DNA of 64,000 nt, taken from NCBI GenBank assembly GCA_000004985.1, contig GG738887.1; one strand, 5' to 3'. Origin of the DNA: Naegleria gruberi. Lineage: Eukaryota. Both the position numbers and the translations under genes were made by a program. This document shows positions 33,882 to 45,272 of the stretch, one piece after another (positions within the stretch are counted from its first letter, which is position 1; each line of letters begins with the position of its first letter). A model generated the notes under the pieces. That model made no database searches and was not told where the DNA came from. It was given only the letters and a program-made list of their open reading frames with translations.

Positions 33882-35450
33882 TTACCCTTCTCCAAAAAAT
33901 TCAATTTCAATCAAATGTGATACAGTCATCATTTTGGTCAATCCTCTTGTTGACTCTGAAATGTCACTCGGAAGAATGACTTGAATTGTCTTGCTGACTT
34001 CGTCTTCAGTGTGGCAATCTGTCAGAGTATGGAACACAATGACATTATTGTCTTGCTCCTTAAAGTCATCCAATAATGATCGATAGGAAGTTCTCTCCAC
34101 TACCTTGATGATTATTTCTTTGGATTTCACATCTAAAGCACAATCTTTAATATCTAGTGTGAACTGAATCACATCCTCTGGTATAAATACATTTCTTGTG
34201 AGCTCAATGTTACATTGACACGAGCTGCTCTCGCCGTAACTATAGTTGATTGGTTGCATACTAGCCGTTTCCTTAATGTGTACTGTAAATGAAGAAATAC
34301 AGCTCAAATACTGCTCTTCATAGTCACCATCCACATTTTGCAGCAAACACTGGACTGATGCATTGATTGTATAACTGATGGTTGCAAAGTTTTTCACAAT
34401 CGATGGTTCAATATTATCTGGGAGAGTGAAAGAAAATTCCAACATGTGTGCTCCCCTATAAAAAATACTTCTTCCAAACCTAGTCTCAATTTGTGTAATG
34501 ACATTTTCTTCAACAGATAATTGTGGATAGAATAAAGATTCCTTTCCCAAGAGGGTAATAATTGCCTGACTCATTTCCATTTTGATTGCATTTTTCAATT
34601 TCACATATCCTTTTACAGTTTCACCAGGTTTAAACTCTTTAGATTGTTTTTCGTATTGAATTGTAATTTCATAAGGTTGTGTTTCTGCAAAACTATTGTT
34701 AAACTTCTTTCTCTCCTCGGAATTCTTCTTCACCTTAATATTATTAGAGTGAGGAAGAATGTCAGGACTCGCCTCATAAGGAACTGCATACATAAGCTCG
34801 GAAGATTCCGACTCTGTTATCAATTCATCCTCTTCAGCAGCACTTTCCATCAACATTTCATCTACACTCTCTCCTAAACTAGAAGGCTCTGAAATTTCTT
34901 GCAACATGTCATTAGATTGACTTCGAAAACTAGTGGCATTCTTATATGGAGAGGAAGAGTCCAAAAACTCTTCGACTGGTTCAAGTATTTCAACTCTACT
35001 TGAGTCCAATTCCTTCTTCACTGCAGCTAAAGTGCGAGGAGAAACAATTGGAGAAGATTGAGGAAGGCCCTCTCCTGTTAATTGCTGTTTTTGGTTCTTT
35101 TTGAGGGTGAGAAAGTCTTGAAAGGAGACCATTGATGATGAATTATTTTCCTCAATAAGGCTCAAAGGTTTTATGGTAGAGATTGATACGGCTTCTTCTT
35201 CCTCATTGTATGATATTGGTTTTTCTGCAGTTTGTTCGACTGGTTGATCTTCCGAAATGGTTTGATTCGATAGTTGCTGTTCTTTCTCTGCTATTGTTAA
35301 ATCTTCAACCTCAACCTCCTCATCAACATTTTGTGGAGTATTTATCAGAACGGAGGCTGCCAGTTCCTTTCTTGATGTTGTGGCCATGCTCGAAAGAGAA
35401 GGTGTCGAGTCGAGCGATGTCATTCGATGAGGTGATATTGGCAGAGACAT
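33882..35450 (-). CDS. Arrestin-domain-like protein (522 aa) with an S/T/E-rich N-terminal half.
   Basis: The C-terminal ~300 aa show an arrestin N/C-domain-like beta-sandwich pattern (YVKLKNAIKMEMSQAIITLLGKESLFYPQ..., IIIKVVERTSY). The call rests on pattern resemblance only. Confidence 0.4.
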   Translation of the reverse strand: MSLPISPHRMTSLDSTPSLSSMATTSRKELAASVLINTPQNVDEEVEVEDLTIAEKEQQLSNQTISEDQPVEQTAEKPISYNEEEEAVSISTIKPLSLIEENNSSSMVSFQDFLTLKKNQKQQLTGEGLPQSSPIVSPRTLAAVKKELDSSRVEILEPVEEFLDSSSPYKNATSFRSQSNDMLQEISEPSSLGESVDEMLMESAAEEDELITESESSELMYAVPYEASPDILPHSNNIKVKKNSEERKKFNNSFAETQPYEITIQYEKQSKEFKPGETVKGYVKLKNAIKMEMSQAIITLLGKESLFYPQLSVEENVITQIETRFGRSIFYRGAHMLEFSFTLPDNIEPSIVKNFATISYTINASVQCLLQNVDGDYEEQYLSCISSFTVHIKETASMQPINYSYGESSSCQCNIELTRNVFIPEDVIQFTLDIKDCALDVKSKEIIIKVVERTSYRSLLDDFKEQDNNVIVFHTLTDCHTEDEVSKTIQVILPSDISESTRGLTKMMTVSHLIEIEFFGEG

Positions 35451-35625
35451 TTTTTAAGGAATTTAAAAAACCGTTACATGTAAATGAGTGAGAGAATTGA
35501 AGTTGAAAATAAATAAGGATTGAAATTTAAACAGTTTTTTATTAATGTTTTGAATCGGAGGCGTTTGGTATAATTGTGTAATCTTTGTGAAAATTTTTGG
35601 GACTGTACAGTAAGATTTATTTACA

Positions 35626-36191
35626 TTAATGTTGGGTCTTGATGCTCATAAGGGACTTGAATTGAGCATATTCGAGTTTGTTTCCTTCGTAGGAAATTCC
35701 ATTTTCCTTTGCAATTTTAGGAACATCAAAATTCAAGTCAAATCTTTCACAGAAAGATCTCATTTCATTGATAGAGATGGTTCCAGTCTTGTTTGGATTA
35801 CCTCCGAGAGCAATGAATGCATCCAAAATGTCTTCTTCATTGGCTTCATCATCCTTACTAGCACTATATCTTTGTAAAAGTTCCATAAATAAATAAAATT
35901 CAATCTTGTCTGGATTAAAAGAATCGGAATGTCTTGAAGAACTCAATTCATCATCATTACTATCCTTTCCAGCATTGTGAGCCTTGCTCAGAGCATCCAA
36001 CAATTTTAAAATTTCATCCAAGGAAATTTCATACCCAAGTTCTTTTAAAAATCTAACAATGTCTCGGAATTGTTCTATCACTTACCTATAAATGCTTCTT
36101 TAGCATCCTTAGCATCAATATATCCCAAATCATGATAATCATAGGATGTATAAACTTCTCTAATCCTTTCCACGTCTTGTTCAGTGTACAT
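35626..36191 (-). CDS. EF-hand calcium-binding protein (calmodulin/myosin-light-chain-like). The 5' exon junction is unresolved.
   Basis: Upstream ATG exon (36191..~36089) encodes the EF-loop DYHDLGYIDAKDAKEAF. The main ORF (35626..36081) carries further EF-hand helices. The two are joined only by an implausibly short 23-nt GTAAGT..CGAG interval or by a frameshift. Confidence 0.45.
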
Positions 36192-36550
36192 TTTTTTCAG
36201 TGTTGTTTGTTTTCATGTTGTAGTTTGGCGAGTAAATTGATTTGGGAATTGGCGGGAAATTTAGGAATGAGATGTTGTTAGGTTTATTTTAACAATTCTT
36301 ATTTCCTTCCATTCAAAGCAATACCAACAAACTGATAGCAAGTCAATATGATTATTATTGGACTCTAATTTTTTTACTCAAACACCTTTATTGTGGTCTT
36401 GTAATCTCAAACTGCATCATTCTATAGATTTATGCGCATTACAAAATATTTACTTGGAACATAGAGTTCCATAACAATACATCGTTACCAAACCATTCAC
36501 ATGACACACGTCAAAATTTGAATAACTAATTCTCTAAACAGCCAAAAAAT

Positions 36551-39067
36551 ATGTCAACACAACATCACTTTCCACATCAACACATTGTTGCAATGACATC
36601 TTCTCGGCAATACTCTCAAAGACACAAACCACTTCTTATCTTCTCCCTCATCTGTCTTATCCTATACGCAACAAGCCTTCAACCCCATCATCTCATCTCG
36701 GCACAACTTGCACGCTGTTCACCACTGATAAAAAATGGCGCCAACGCTGAGGATGCATTCTTCAGCTATTCTTATGCGAGTAGTGATTTTAATTTGACTT
36801 CATCTTCTGCGTCATCAGTTTCGAGTGCTGGAGAGTTTACTCACTATGTGGATACGCAAACGTATGTGAGTGGAGTTTCATCCAAGTGGAGACAATTTGA
36901 TGGAAATATGTTTTATGTTCTTGGTGTGGTGAATGTAGATGGAACAGTGGTAAATTCGGGAGGTGAAACTCTTCAAGAGGTGTTGAGTAGGAAGAAATCT
37001 GATGAGAGTGTTTCATTGTTGGATGTTGTTCCTTTTATTAGAAAATCAACATTTGCTATTAGCAGGAATACTGGTGACTATTCCATTAGTATGTACAAGA
37101 TGTATTTTGGACAAGGAAATGAAGCTAGGGATAATTTGACATCTGTGACTACTAGTAGCTCATCATTTGCTGGATTGAATGGTTATGACGCAAGTGGTAA
37201 TTTAATGACCATGATGAATGTGAAAAGTTTCAATGCAACTTCTTCAGTTTCTTTGGACCTTGAGTTTGGATACTATTCATCTAAATTGGAAACTGTGTTT
37301 ATTTTCACTTTGGGAGCCAGAGCTTACAATTCTTCTGGTTTCTCCTTGTACAATAGTAATTACAATATTAGATTGGATGGCTCAGCTATTGAGAGTATTC
37401 GAAAGTCATCAAGCGAGCAGCTAGTTCTCTCTTTCTATGTGAGTGATGCCAGCTATACAGGTTTATTTTCTTCTCTTGAGTATACTACAAAGGCACAGAT
37501 CTACCCATTTCCCACCACAGTTAGTGGCTTTAGTTATCAATTTGTGAAATTTAACATTTCTGATACTTCCAAAGTCACATGTTCAAACTATCCTAGAAGT
37601 GTTCTGTATTCTTCCTTCTTGAACACTACACTTGCTATTGATTGGATCCTATTCGGATTGGTAGTCCTATTGACTCCTCTCTTTTTAATTTTCAGAAACG
37701 AACAACCACTCAAGAGTCGTTTAATTGTTCCCTACCTAGGTATTGTCTTTTTACTGATTTTATTTATTGGAGTTCAATATTCGATAGATAGTACTAGGCC
37801 ATCAGAAATTAAGAGCATCATCAGTGTTTCATTCTTTATAATGTCTTTGTTTGCATTTATTTTCCAAGCTTTTCGTTATTATTATTTAAGATATCTCTAT
37901 TCTAAGGTATGTGGTAAATCAATCTTTTTGGGAAAAGCTAACCCAAAATGAACTATATAGACTGACATTAGTGTGAAACAATCCAGAATTAAGAAATTCC
38001 TTTCCTCCAAGACTGTTTTTGTAATAGCACTAGTTGTTTCAATGGTTTTAGGTATCATTTATCTTGTTGTAGTCTTATCAGTTGCCTTGACCTCAACTAG
38101 TGTAAGCACGAATGGAGTAAAGGAAGATGTAGAAGTGGAATATTATACAAGAATAGCAATCCCTGCCTTTACAGTTCTTATTTTAATTTCTTGCCTCCTT
38201 ATTGATATTTTGCTTAATATCAAATCATTCTTTGGTAATATTGGAAGATTCCTCTTCTTTGAGGATCCTCTATTTTTCAGATCTGAACTTTTGCTTGTCA
38301 TTCCAACATGTATCTTTTACGTGATAGAGTTTGTACTCAATTCTGGTAAGTAATTATTTTCCAATATACATTAACAACTTGTAGAAACTCGTCCATATAT
38401 TGATGGATCGCTCACAACTTTCCTCATTCCAAAGAACATTCATGAAATTAGAACAATGATTGGATTTTTTGGAATTTTCCGTTTCCTCAATCTATTCTGC
38501 TTTGTTCTCTTTTTTGGTGAGGCTCTCGTGCTAGCTGTTACCATTACACGAGTCATTAGGAGAAATTACAAGCGAGGCAAAAAGGGATTATCTCTTTTAC
38601 AACCACACAATAGTCCTCTAGGAATGTTCAGATCTAAATCAAGTTCTGAAGATGATATAATTGAGAACTTTGTATCAAAGGATGATGGACACAAGCTTTT
38701 AGAAGAATTTTCCAGAAATGAGTTTTCAATTGAGAATATTTTACTCTATGATATTTTACACCAGTTCCCTAATGAGAAGAATGATGAAAACAGAAGGAAA
38801 ATTCTCTTGGATATTTATCTGAAATTCATCATGTCAAACTCTGAGTTTGAAATTAATCTTTCATCTTCAACTCGTAAGGAATATTCCCAACTTATTGAAG
38901 ATTTACAGGATAACAAACCACTGCAACCAGATGAACTGATTCAAACCCTCAAGATTGAGGTTATTCAAAACATGGCAGATACATTCAGTCGTCTGGAAAT
39001 GTCTCCAGAATACAGTTCACTTCTTTCTAAATGGGAAACTGAAAAGGCAACAGCCCTTAAAATATAG
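36551..39067 (+). CDS. Seven-transmembrane receptor fused to a C-terminal RGS domain, with a ~330-aa N-terminal ectodomain (~807 aa). Exons 36551..37906, 37961..38345 and 38385..39067; introns 37907..37960 (54 nt, GTATGT..TATAG) and 38346..38384 (39 nt, GTAAGT..TGTAG).
   Basis: Signal-like N-terminus (likely start MTSS at 36590). TM1-3 in exon 1, TM4-6 in exon 2, TM7 in exon 3. RGS-domain motifs EEFSRNEFSIENILLYDILHQF...ILLDIYLKFIMSNSEFEINL. Splicing joins three track ORFs in frame. Confidence 0.65.
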
Positions 39068-39497
39068 AGAATTCATTGATATTCAAAGTTATCAAAACTC
39101 TTTTATGTACACCACTAGACATTTTCTTCTCGAAAGGAAATTGTATCATTAGTTATCACTATTAAGTTTTAGGAAACTTGTTTAGTAATATTTAATCCTT
39201 ACCTGAAAGAAGTTTTTATTTGTCCGCCTCTTGCGTTTTCGTTGTTATTAATTAGAATTAAAATTGGATAATGTGCCTTATTAACATCCAAGAATGTAAC
39301 TTCAACTGAGAATTTATCAATACTTTAAAGATGCATTAATATTAGACCGTTCTCTAGACCTTTCGTACGTACTTTCTACAAAGACATCCAAGAAAATCAC
39401 TACTCAATATCCAAATTATCATCCAAATTACTCCACCCTCAATTGTATTTAAATTCGCCTCAATCATGCAATAATTTTCTGACTTGAAAAAATCAAA

Positions 39498-40699
39498 ATG
39501 TCTGCCACTTTCGAATCAACAACAAGCAAACTCTTCACACCACTCACATTGGGAACTGACAAAATTCCAGCCAGTCAGAGAATTACTTTGTCCCATCGAA
39601 TTGTGATGGCTCCACTCACTCGTTGCAGAGCAGTGGATGTAAGTATTATCAACAATTTTCATCTTTAACTGTTAAACACAAATATTAGGGAGATTGTGAA
39701 CAAACAGAACATGCAATTACTTACTACTCTCAACGTGCCACACCAGGTGGTTTAATCATTGCTGAAGCTTCACAAATTACTCCACAAGGACAAGGATATC
39801 CATGTTCTCCAGGTTGTTATTCTGAAGCTCAGGTTAAAGCTTGGAAAAAGGTGACAGATGCTGTCCATCAAAAGGGAGGTGTCATCTTTTTGCAATTGTG
39901 GCATGTTGGTAGACAACGTTATGCTGACAATGTATCCTCTTCTGCAGTTCCAATTCAAAATGAAACATCTACAAATTTGAAAACCAGAGAACAACAATTG
40001 CCAACTACTCCAAAGGCATTGTCCATTGAGGAAATCAAGGTCATTATGGGACAATATAAGCAAGCTGCTAGAAATGCTAAATTGGCTGGATTTGATGGAG
40101 TAGAATTGCATGCTGCTAATGGTTATCTAGTTGACCAATTTTTACAAAATGGAGTTAATAAGAGAACTGATGAATATGGTGGTTCCATTGAAAATAGATT
40201 GAGATTTATGCGTGAAGCTATTTCAGCATGTATTGAAGGATTTGATAATCAATCTGATCGTGTTGGAATTCGTTTGAGTCCAAGTGGATGTTTCTTGGAA
40301 ATTAGTGATTCAGATCCAAAACCTCTCTTTGAGGCAGCTGTCAAGGCATTGGATGAATATGATTTGGCATATATTCACCTTGTAGAACCAAGAATATCAG
40401 GTGGAGCAAATTCAGATGATGGCCAAGCTGAATCCAAACCTGTGGTTGTAACCAAGGAATTGAACCCATTGACAAGATCTCCAATTATTTCAGCTGGTGG
40501 TTTTACTCCAGCCACAGCAAAGAGTACCACAGAAGAGGGTGCCACAGATATGATTGCTTTTGGAAGACACTTTATTTCTAATCCTGATTTGGTTGAAAGA
40601 ATTAGAAATGGTCATCCACTTAATCATTATGATAGAAGTACTTTCTATGGTTCCAAAGATGTTGTTACTGGTTATACCGATTATCCAACTTTTCAATAA
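39498..40699 (+). CDS. NADH:flavin oxidoreductase of the Old Yellow Enzyme/12-oxophytodienoate reductase family (~383 aa). Exons 39498..39638 and 39689..40699; intron 39639..39688 (50 nt).
   Basis: OYE motifs GGVIFLQLWHVGRQ, ELHAANGYLVDQFLQNGVNKRTDEYGGSIENRLRF, AFGRHFISNPDLVERI. Confidence 0.85.
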
Positions 40700-40967
40700 T
40701 TATCATTTCACGGATTATTTAATTTCCTCTTTTTTAATTAATAAATTATCATATGAGATTGTAATTGAGTTCTGGAATGACACTAATATAGTATTTCTAC
40801 AAAATAATGGTTGTATTGTTGTTCAACTTTGACATCCTTACTTAAGGTAATCTGTCATAAACTTGAGACCTTCTTCGTTAGCCTTATTTCTTTGCCTATG
40901 TCTTCCAGTATTGTTTATTGGTTTATGGTTATAAATACTATTCTTCTTAATTAAAAATGCTAAATGA

Positions 40968-41054
40968 TCCGATGAGACGGAATCGAACCGCCGACCACAG
41001 GATGACAGTGTTCCTTGCTACAGTCCCATGCTCTACCAGCTGAGCTATCATCGG
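40968..41054 (-). tRNA. tRNA-Tyr (anticodon GTA) with a ~14-nt intron immediately 3' of anticodon-loop position 37 (approx. 41017..41004).
   Basis: Minus strand: CCGATGA-TA-GCTC-AGCTGGTA-GAGC-A-TGGGA-CTGTAG-[caaggaacactgtc]-A-TCCTG-TGGTC-GGCGG-TTCGATT-CCGTC-TCATCGG-A. Architecture is near-identical to metazoan tRNA-Tyr genes (ACTGTAG|intron|ATCC). T-run downstream. Confidence 0.85.
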
Positions 41055-41265
41055 TACATTAATGATCATTAAGGTCTATTCCACTATGTGTAATAAAGCA
41101 TTATTGATGTGGATTGATGACCATTTTCATCTATAATACAACCAAACAGGTGGTGTCGCATCGACAGAATAATTTCGATTTATTTCTCTAGAATAAAGTG
41201 ATGCTTCCAAAATGATTACAAAATTTAAAAATTAGTTTAAATTTAATATTTTTAATATCAAAAAA

Positions 41266-41598
41266 ATGTCAGCAAATGAACACAGGGAAGATTTTGATTA
41301 TTTGGAAGCCATGAAGGAATTGGAAGAATTTAAAAGAGATCTGGGCGAAAATCAACGTATTATTAAAATGAATAAAGAATTGGATGAACAAATTGCAAAT
41401 CTAGAGAATAATAAAGTTTCTCTTTCTGATATGGATGCGGAAACTAAAATGAAACATATAAAGGCTGTTTTTGGAGAGCAAGCTGGAGATTTTCTTAAAT
41501 ATTTAGGGGAAGTGAATGATTCTAATGCTAGAGTGGAAGTAATTGCTGAGAGTATTAATAAATCAATGCGTGATGATGATATGATTGATGATAAATAA
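41266..41598 (+). CDS. Small acidic coiled-coil protein (110 aa).
   Basis: ATG at 41266, TAA stop. Heptad-like K/E-rich sequence. Confidence 0.4.
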   Translation: MSANEHREDFDYLEAMKELEEFKRDLGENQRIIKMNKELDEQIANLENNKVSLSDMDAETKMKHIKAVFGEQAGDFLKYLGEVNDSNARVEVIAESINKSMRDDDMIDDK

Positions 41599-41651
41599 AT
41601 TGAGAAATAGTTTGGAATATTCTAGAAAGATTATCACAATTTTATGTGGAA

Positions 41652-44238
41652 TTACAAACATGAACATTTCTTAGATTCCTCTGGAATCACTGGAAATGGT
41701 TGGAAATAGAGAGAATTAACTTGTTCTTGAGAGAGTTGGAATGAATAACCCTCACCTGCAATAAGTTTAACATTAACTTCATTGGTTGGAGAGGAAGCAG
41801 AAAGGGAATAAAGACCAAATTTACCATTTTCAAATTCATATGAAATACCATCATCCAAATAGAGAGAACCAGAGCATGTGCCATTTCCATAGGTTTCATA
41901 AACTATTGGGGATGTGAAATTGTCATAGACTGACTGTTTGCTTTCAGCTCTCATTGGAATAATAGAACCAGACTTGACAAGCATAACCATCTTGGAGAGA
42001 GTAATGTCAGTAAATTCTACGACTTGGCCTCCTTCATAGTGGGTTTTGTTGGTAAAATCAAACCATCCTCCTTCATGGTTTGGCAAGTAGACTCTTCTAC
42101 TTGTTGATTGACTTTGTAAAATAGGAGCTATCAAAATGGAATCACCAAACAATAATTGAGTATTTTCAAATTCTTCATTGTAGCATTCCTTTTCATGTGG
42201 GAAGTCCAACCATATTGGTCTAAGGAGTGGTTGATATGATTGTTTCTTATCGGTGGAGCGTTGAATTTGAGTGTAAATGTATGGAATCAATCGGTAACGA
42301 AGTTTGATAAAGTGTTGACATGCCTTTTCGCATTCCAAACCAAAGGCCCAAGGATTTTGCTCTAAAGTGTCCTTCATAGAGTGGCTTCTAAAGAATGGAT
42401 AGCAAACTGCCGCCATTCCAATCCATCTTGCATAAAGCTCTGGATTACAATCAGAAACGAAACCTCCAACGTCAGCTCCAACCATAACTTGACCTACAAG
42501 GGACATGTTCAAAAGCATGGCAATACTCAATTTCATATCCTCAAATGTAGAATTGTTATCTCCTGTCCAAGACCAGGCATACTTTTGAATGCCACTGTAT
42601 CCACTTCTTGTCAATAAGAATGGTCTGGTATTTGGTTGTAATCTTCTCAAACCTTCATGAGAAGCACGAGCCATTAAATGTCCATAAGCATTGTGAACAA
42701 ATCTGTGGGCTAGTTTGATTGTCTTGCCACTTTTTTGGGATAATTCATGTTCCACTGCCAATGTAAATGTCTTGGATGTTCCATCATTGAATACAGCTGG
42801 TTCATTCCTATGAATTTAAATTTGTTAACAAAAGGGAGTAATTAAAACTTACATATCATTCCAAAATGCCTGAATTCCATTATCCATCAAATTTTGGTAA
42901 TACTTTCCCCACCACAATCTCACTCTTTCATTGTAGTAATCTGGAAATTCACATCTATTAGGCCAAACTCTTTCCACATATTCCTCACCAGAAAGTTTAC
43001 ACCAGACATTTTCTTCAGAACCTTCTTTATAGACCTTATATGCCATTGGATTGTTTTCTGCCTTGCTGATACCTGGATCAATAATAGAAACGAAACGTTG
43101 TCTATTATTGAGCAGTAAATGATTTGCCAGTCCAATAGGATTTGGGAATTCAGTTTTGGAAATTGTAAAACACTCAAAATTATTCATATAATCAATGTCC
43201 AAATAAAAAACATCACATGGAACATCATGTTGAATGAATCCATCACTAATTTCTCTGACCTTTGATTCTGGATAGTAGCTCCATCTACATTGTTGGAAAC
43301 CGAGAGCGTACTGTGGTGGGAGAGAAGTTCTTCCCGTCAATTCATCAGTGAAGGACTGAACGAGAGCAAGTGGGCTTTCTCCGACTATTAAATAAACTGG
43401 AAGTGCACCATATCTTTCAACTGAAATCTTGATATTTTCAGAGGTGGTAAGATCCCACTCTTGCTTGCTAGTAGCATCAACAAAGATTGCATGACTCAAT
43501 TGTTGAGAATTTCCAGAGCAAAACATCAAGAATGGACATGATTGATACAATGGATCAGAATTGAATGAATATCCAAAGTGATCGTAGTTCCAAAACTTCC
43601 ACTTTCTTCCATCCTTTGACAAATTTCCAGACTTTTCTCCAAACCCATAACATTTGGTATGTTCTTGTGAAAATTCAATTAAAGTTTCATAACATTCTTG
43701 ATCTTCCCATGTATATGATGAATCTTCCTTGAAATATTTGGAGGTAGGATTCAGATTTTGAACTGGAATTTTATGAGTTTCATGTTTATGAGTGAGTTTG
43801 AAACCTCTCTGTAACACATGATCATCACTCACCTGAATTAAATCAAATGTAAAGTTTTCATAAACTCTCAAAAGGGTCTTTCCATTAGAACTAGACAAAT
43901 CCCATGAATGTTGATCATCATTTTGAACAATAGACAGTACGAGTGCTTGTTCAATCAAGTTAGTTTCATGCTCAACAGCAAATGATTCCAAAGTTTCATG
44001 ACTATTAGTTGTTAATAATAGTTTTGTTAAATAGTAAATATTAGAAATTTAGTTATGATAATCGTTGATATGGTGGTTAAAAGACTCACCTTTCCTTCGG
44101 ATCAGAGATGTCCAATCTCCACATATGATCGGAAAGAGCTCTAACACTGATTTTTACCTCTGGGTGAGAATCCACTGAAGAAAGAATAGCAACACGGCCT
44201 TCATCAACACTTTCACATTTGATTTTGTTTGCTGACAT
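41652..44238 (-). CDS. Glycoside hydrolase family 31 alpha-glucosidase (~817 aa). Exons 44238..44090, 44001..42853 and 42807..41652; introns 44089..44002 (88 nt, GTGAGT..AATAG) and 42852..42808 (45 nt, GTAAGT..CATAG).
   Basis: Splicing reconstitutes the GH31 signature across exons: ...QAFWNDM|NEPAVFNDG. The catalytic region has GADVGGF. Total 2454 nt, in frame. Confidence 0.85.
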
Positions 44239-44271
44239 TTTTTTGATTGTGTCATGTTGTAATCACCAGCT

Positions 44272-45186
44272 CTAAAAGGTATCGAAAAAATCATAATCAT
44301 CCAAATCCATTTCCCATTCATTAGTAGTACTATCCACACAGACATCCAAAGGAAAATCATACTGCATAATAATAAGTTTCGGAAAGTGGTTAAAGAGACT
44401 TCTAACATCATCGAATGTAACATCATTTCCAATCAAGGTAAGTGATATCAGTGAGTGAGCAAAGAGACCCTTTGAAAGTTTTAACACTCCCTGATTACTC
44501 ACAGAATTGAATCCAAGATCTAAATCTTCCAAATTTGAAAAATTAGTGTGAGCTAAATAAGTTGCACCTTCATCTGAAATATTATTGAAATTAAGATTGA
44601 GTTTTTTCAAATTCCAAAACTTTCTATTCATACACAAACATTTCACAACAGAATCTCCCAACCTATTTCTACTCACATTCAAATTCTTCAATTCTGACCC
44701 TTTGAATCCATTCAGAAAGTTTTCTAATACCTTACCAGTACAATCATTATATGACAAATCCAAATCTACCAATTTCTCTAAACTTATCAATGTTTCAAGA
44801 CCTCTATCTCTCATTGTACAATCATGCAATTTTAAGCTAGTTAATCCTTTCAAATAAGCTATAACCTTACAGCCTTCTGAATCAACATTTTGGTTACTCA
44901 AAGCCAAAATACGCAGAGATGAAAAGGCAGCTAATTGCTTAAAGCCTTCGGAGGAGATACTAGAATCTCTAAGTTTGAGTGATTGTATTCTAGGAAATTG
45001 AGTCATCTTCTTCAGATCCTTATCAATGACAAATTCAATAGGGAAGGAGAAGAAGAAGATTGCTCCTCGTACCATTTGATTCCATCTTTTACAAATTAAA
45101 TAACATTTACTAACGAGAATGTATCCGTCCAAATAGGAAAATATATGTTCGGTGAAAATTTCGTCAGGAAGGCTTTGTATTTCCAT
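44272..45186 (-). CDS. F-box/LRR (RNI-like) protein (304 aa). Its TAG stop lies 33 bp upstream of the GH31 gene start codon.
   Basis: N-terminal F-box-like LPDEIFTEHIFSYLD. Repeated LxxLxLxxN LRRs with cysteine-containing positions. ATG at 45186. Confidence 0.6.
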   Translation of the reverse strand: MEIQSLPDEIFTEHIFSYLDGYILVSKCYLICKRWNQMVRGAIFFFSFPIEFVIDKDLKKMTQFPRIQSLKLRDSSISSEGFKQLAAFSSLRILALSNQNVDSEGCKVIAYLKGLTSLKLHDCTMRDRGLETLISLEKLVDLDLSYNDCTGKVLENFLNGFKGSELKNLNVSRNRLGDSVVKCLCMNRKFWNLKKLNLNFNNISDEGATYLAHTNFSNLEDLDLGFNSVSNQGVLKLSKGLFAHSLISLTLIGNDVTFDDVRSLFNHFPKLIIMQYDFPLDVCVDSTTNEWEMDLDDYDFFDTF

Positions 45187-45272
45187 TTTTTTTAAATATT
45201 AATAAAATTACATATTTAAACAATTATACGTAATAGTTAATATTAAATATATTAAAAACACAATTAAAAAAA

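Noticed and set aside
33380-33910. ORF 33380..33910(-) as a separate gene or as 5' exons of the MORN gene.
   Set aside because: It overlaps the 3' end of the arrestin-like gene and the 5' end of the MORN gene in other frames. Its translation is hydrophobic and low-complexity with no motif. It is more likely intergenic or UTR sequence.
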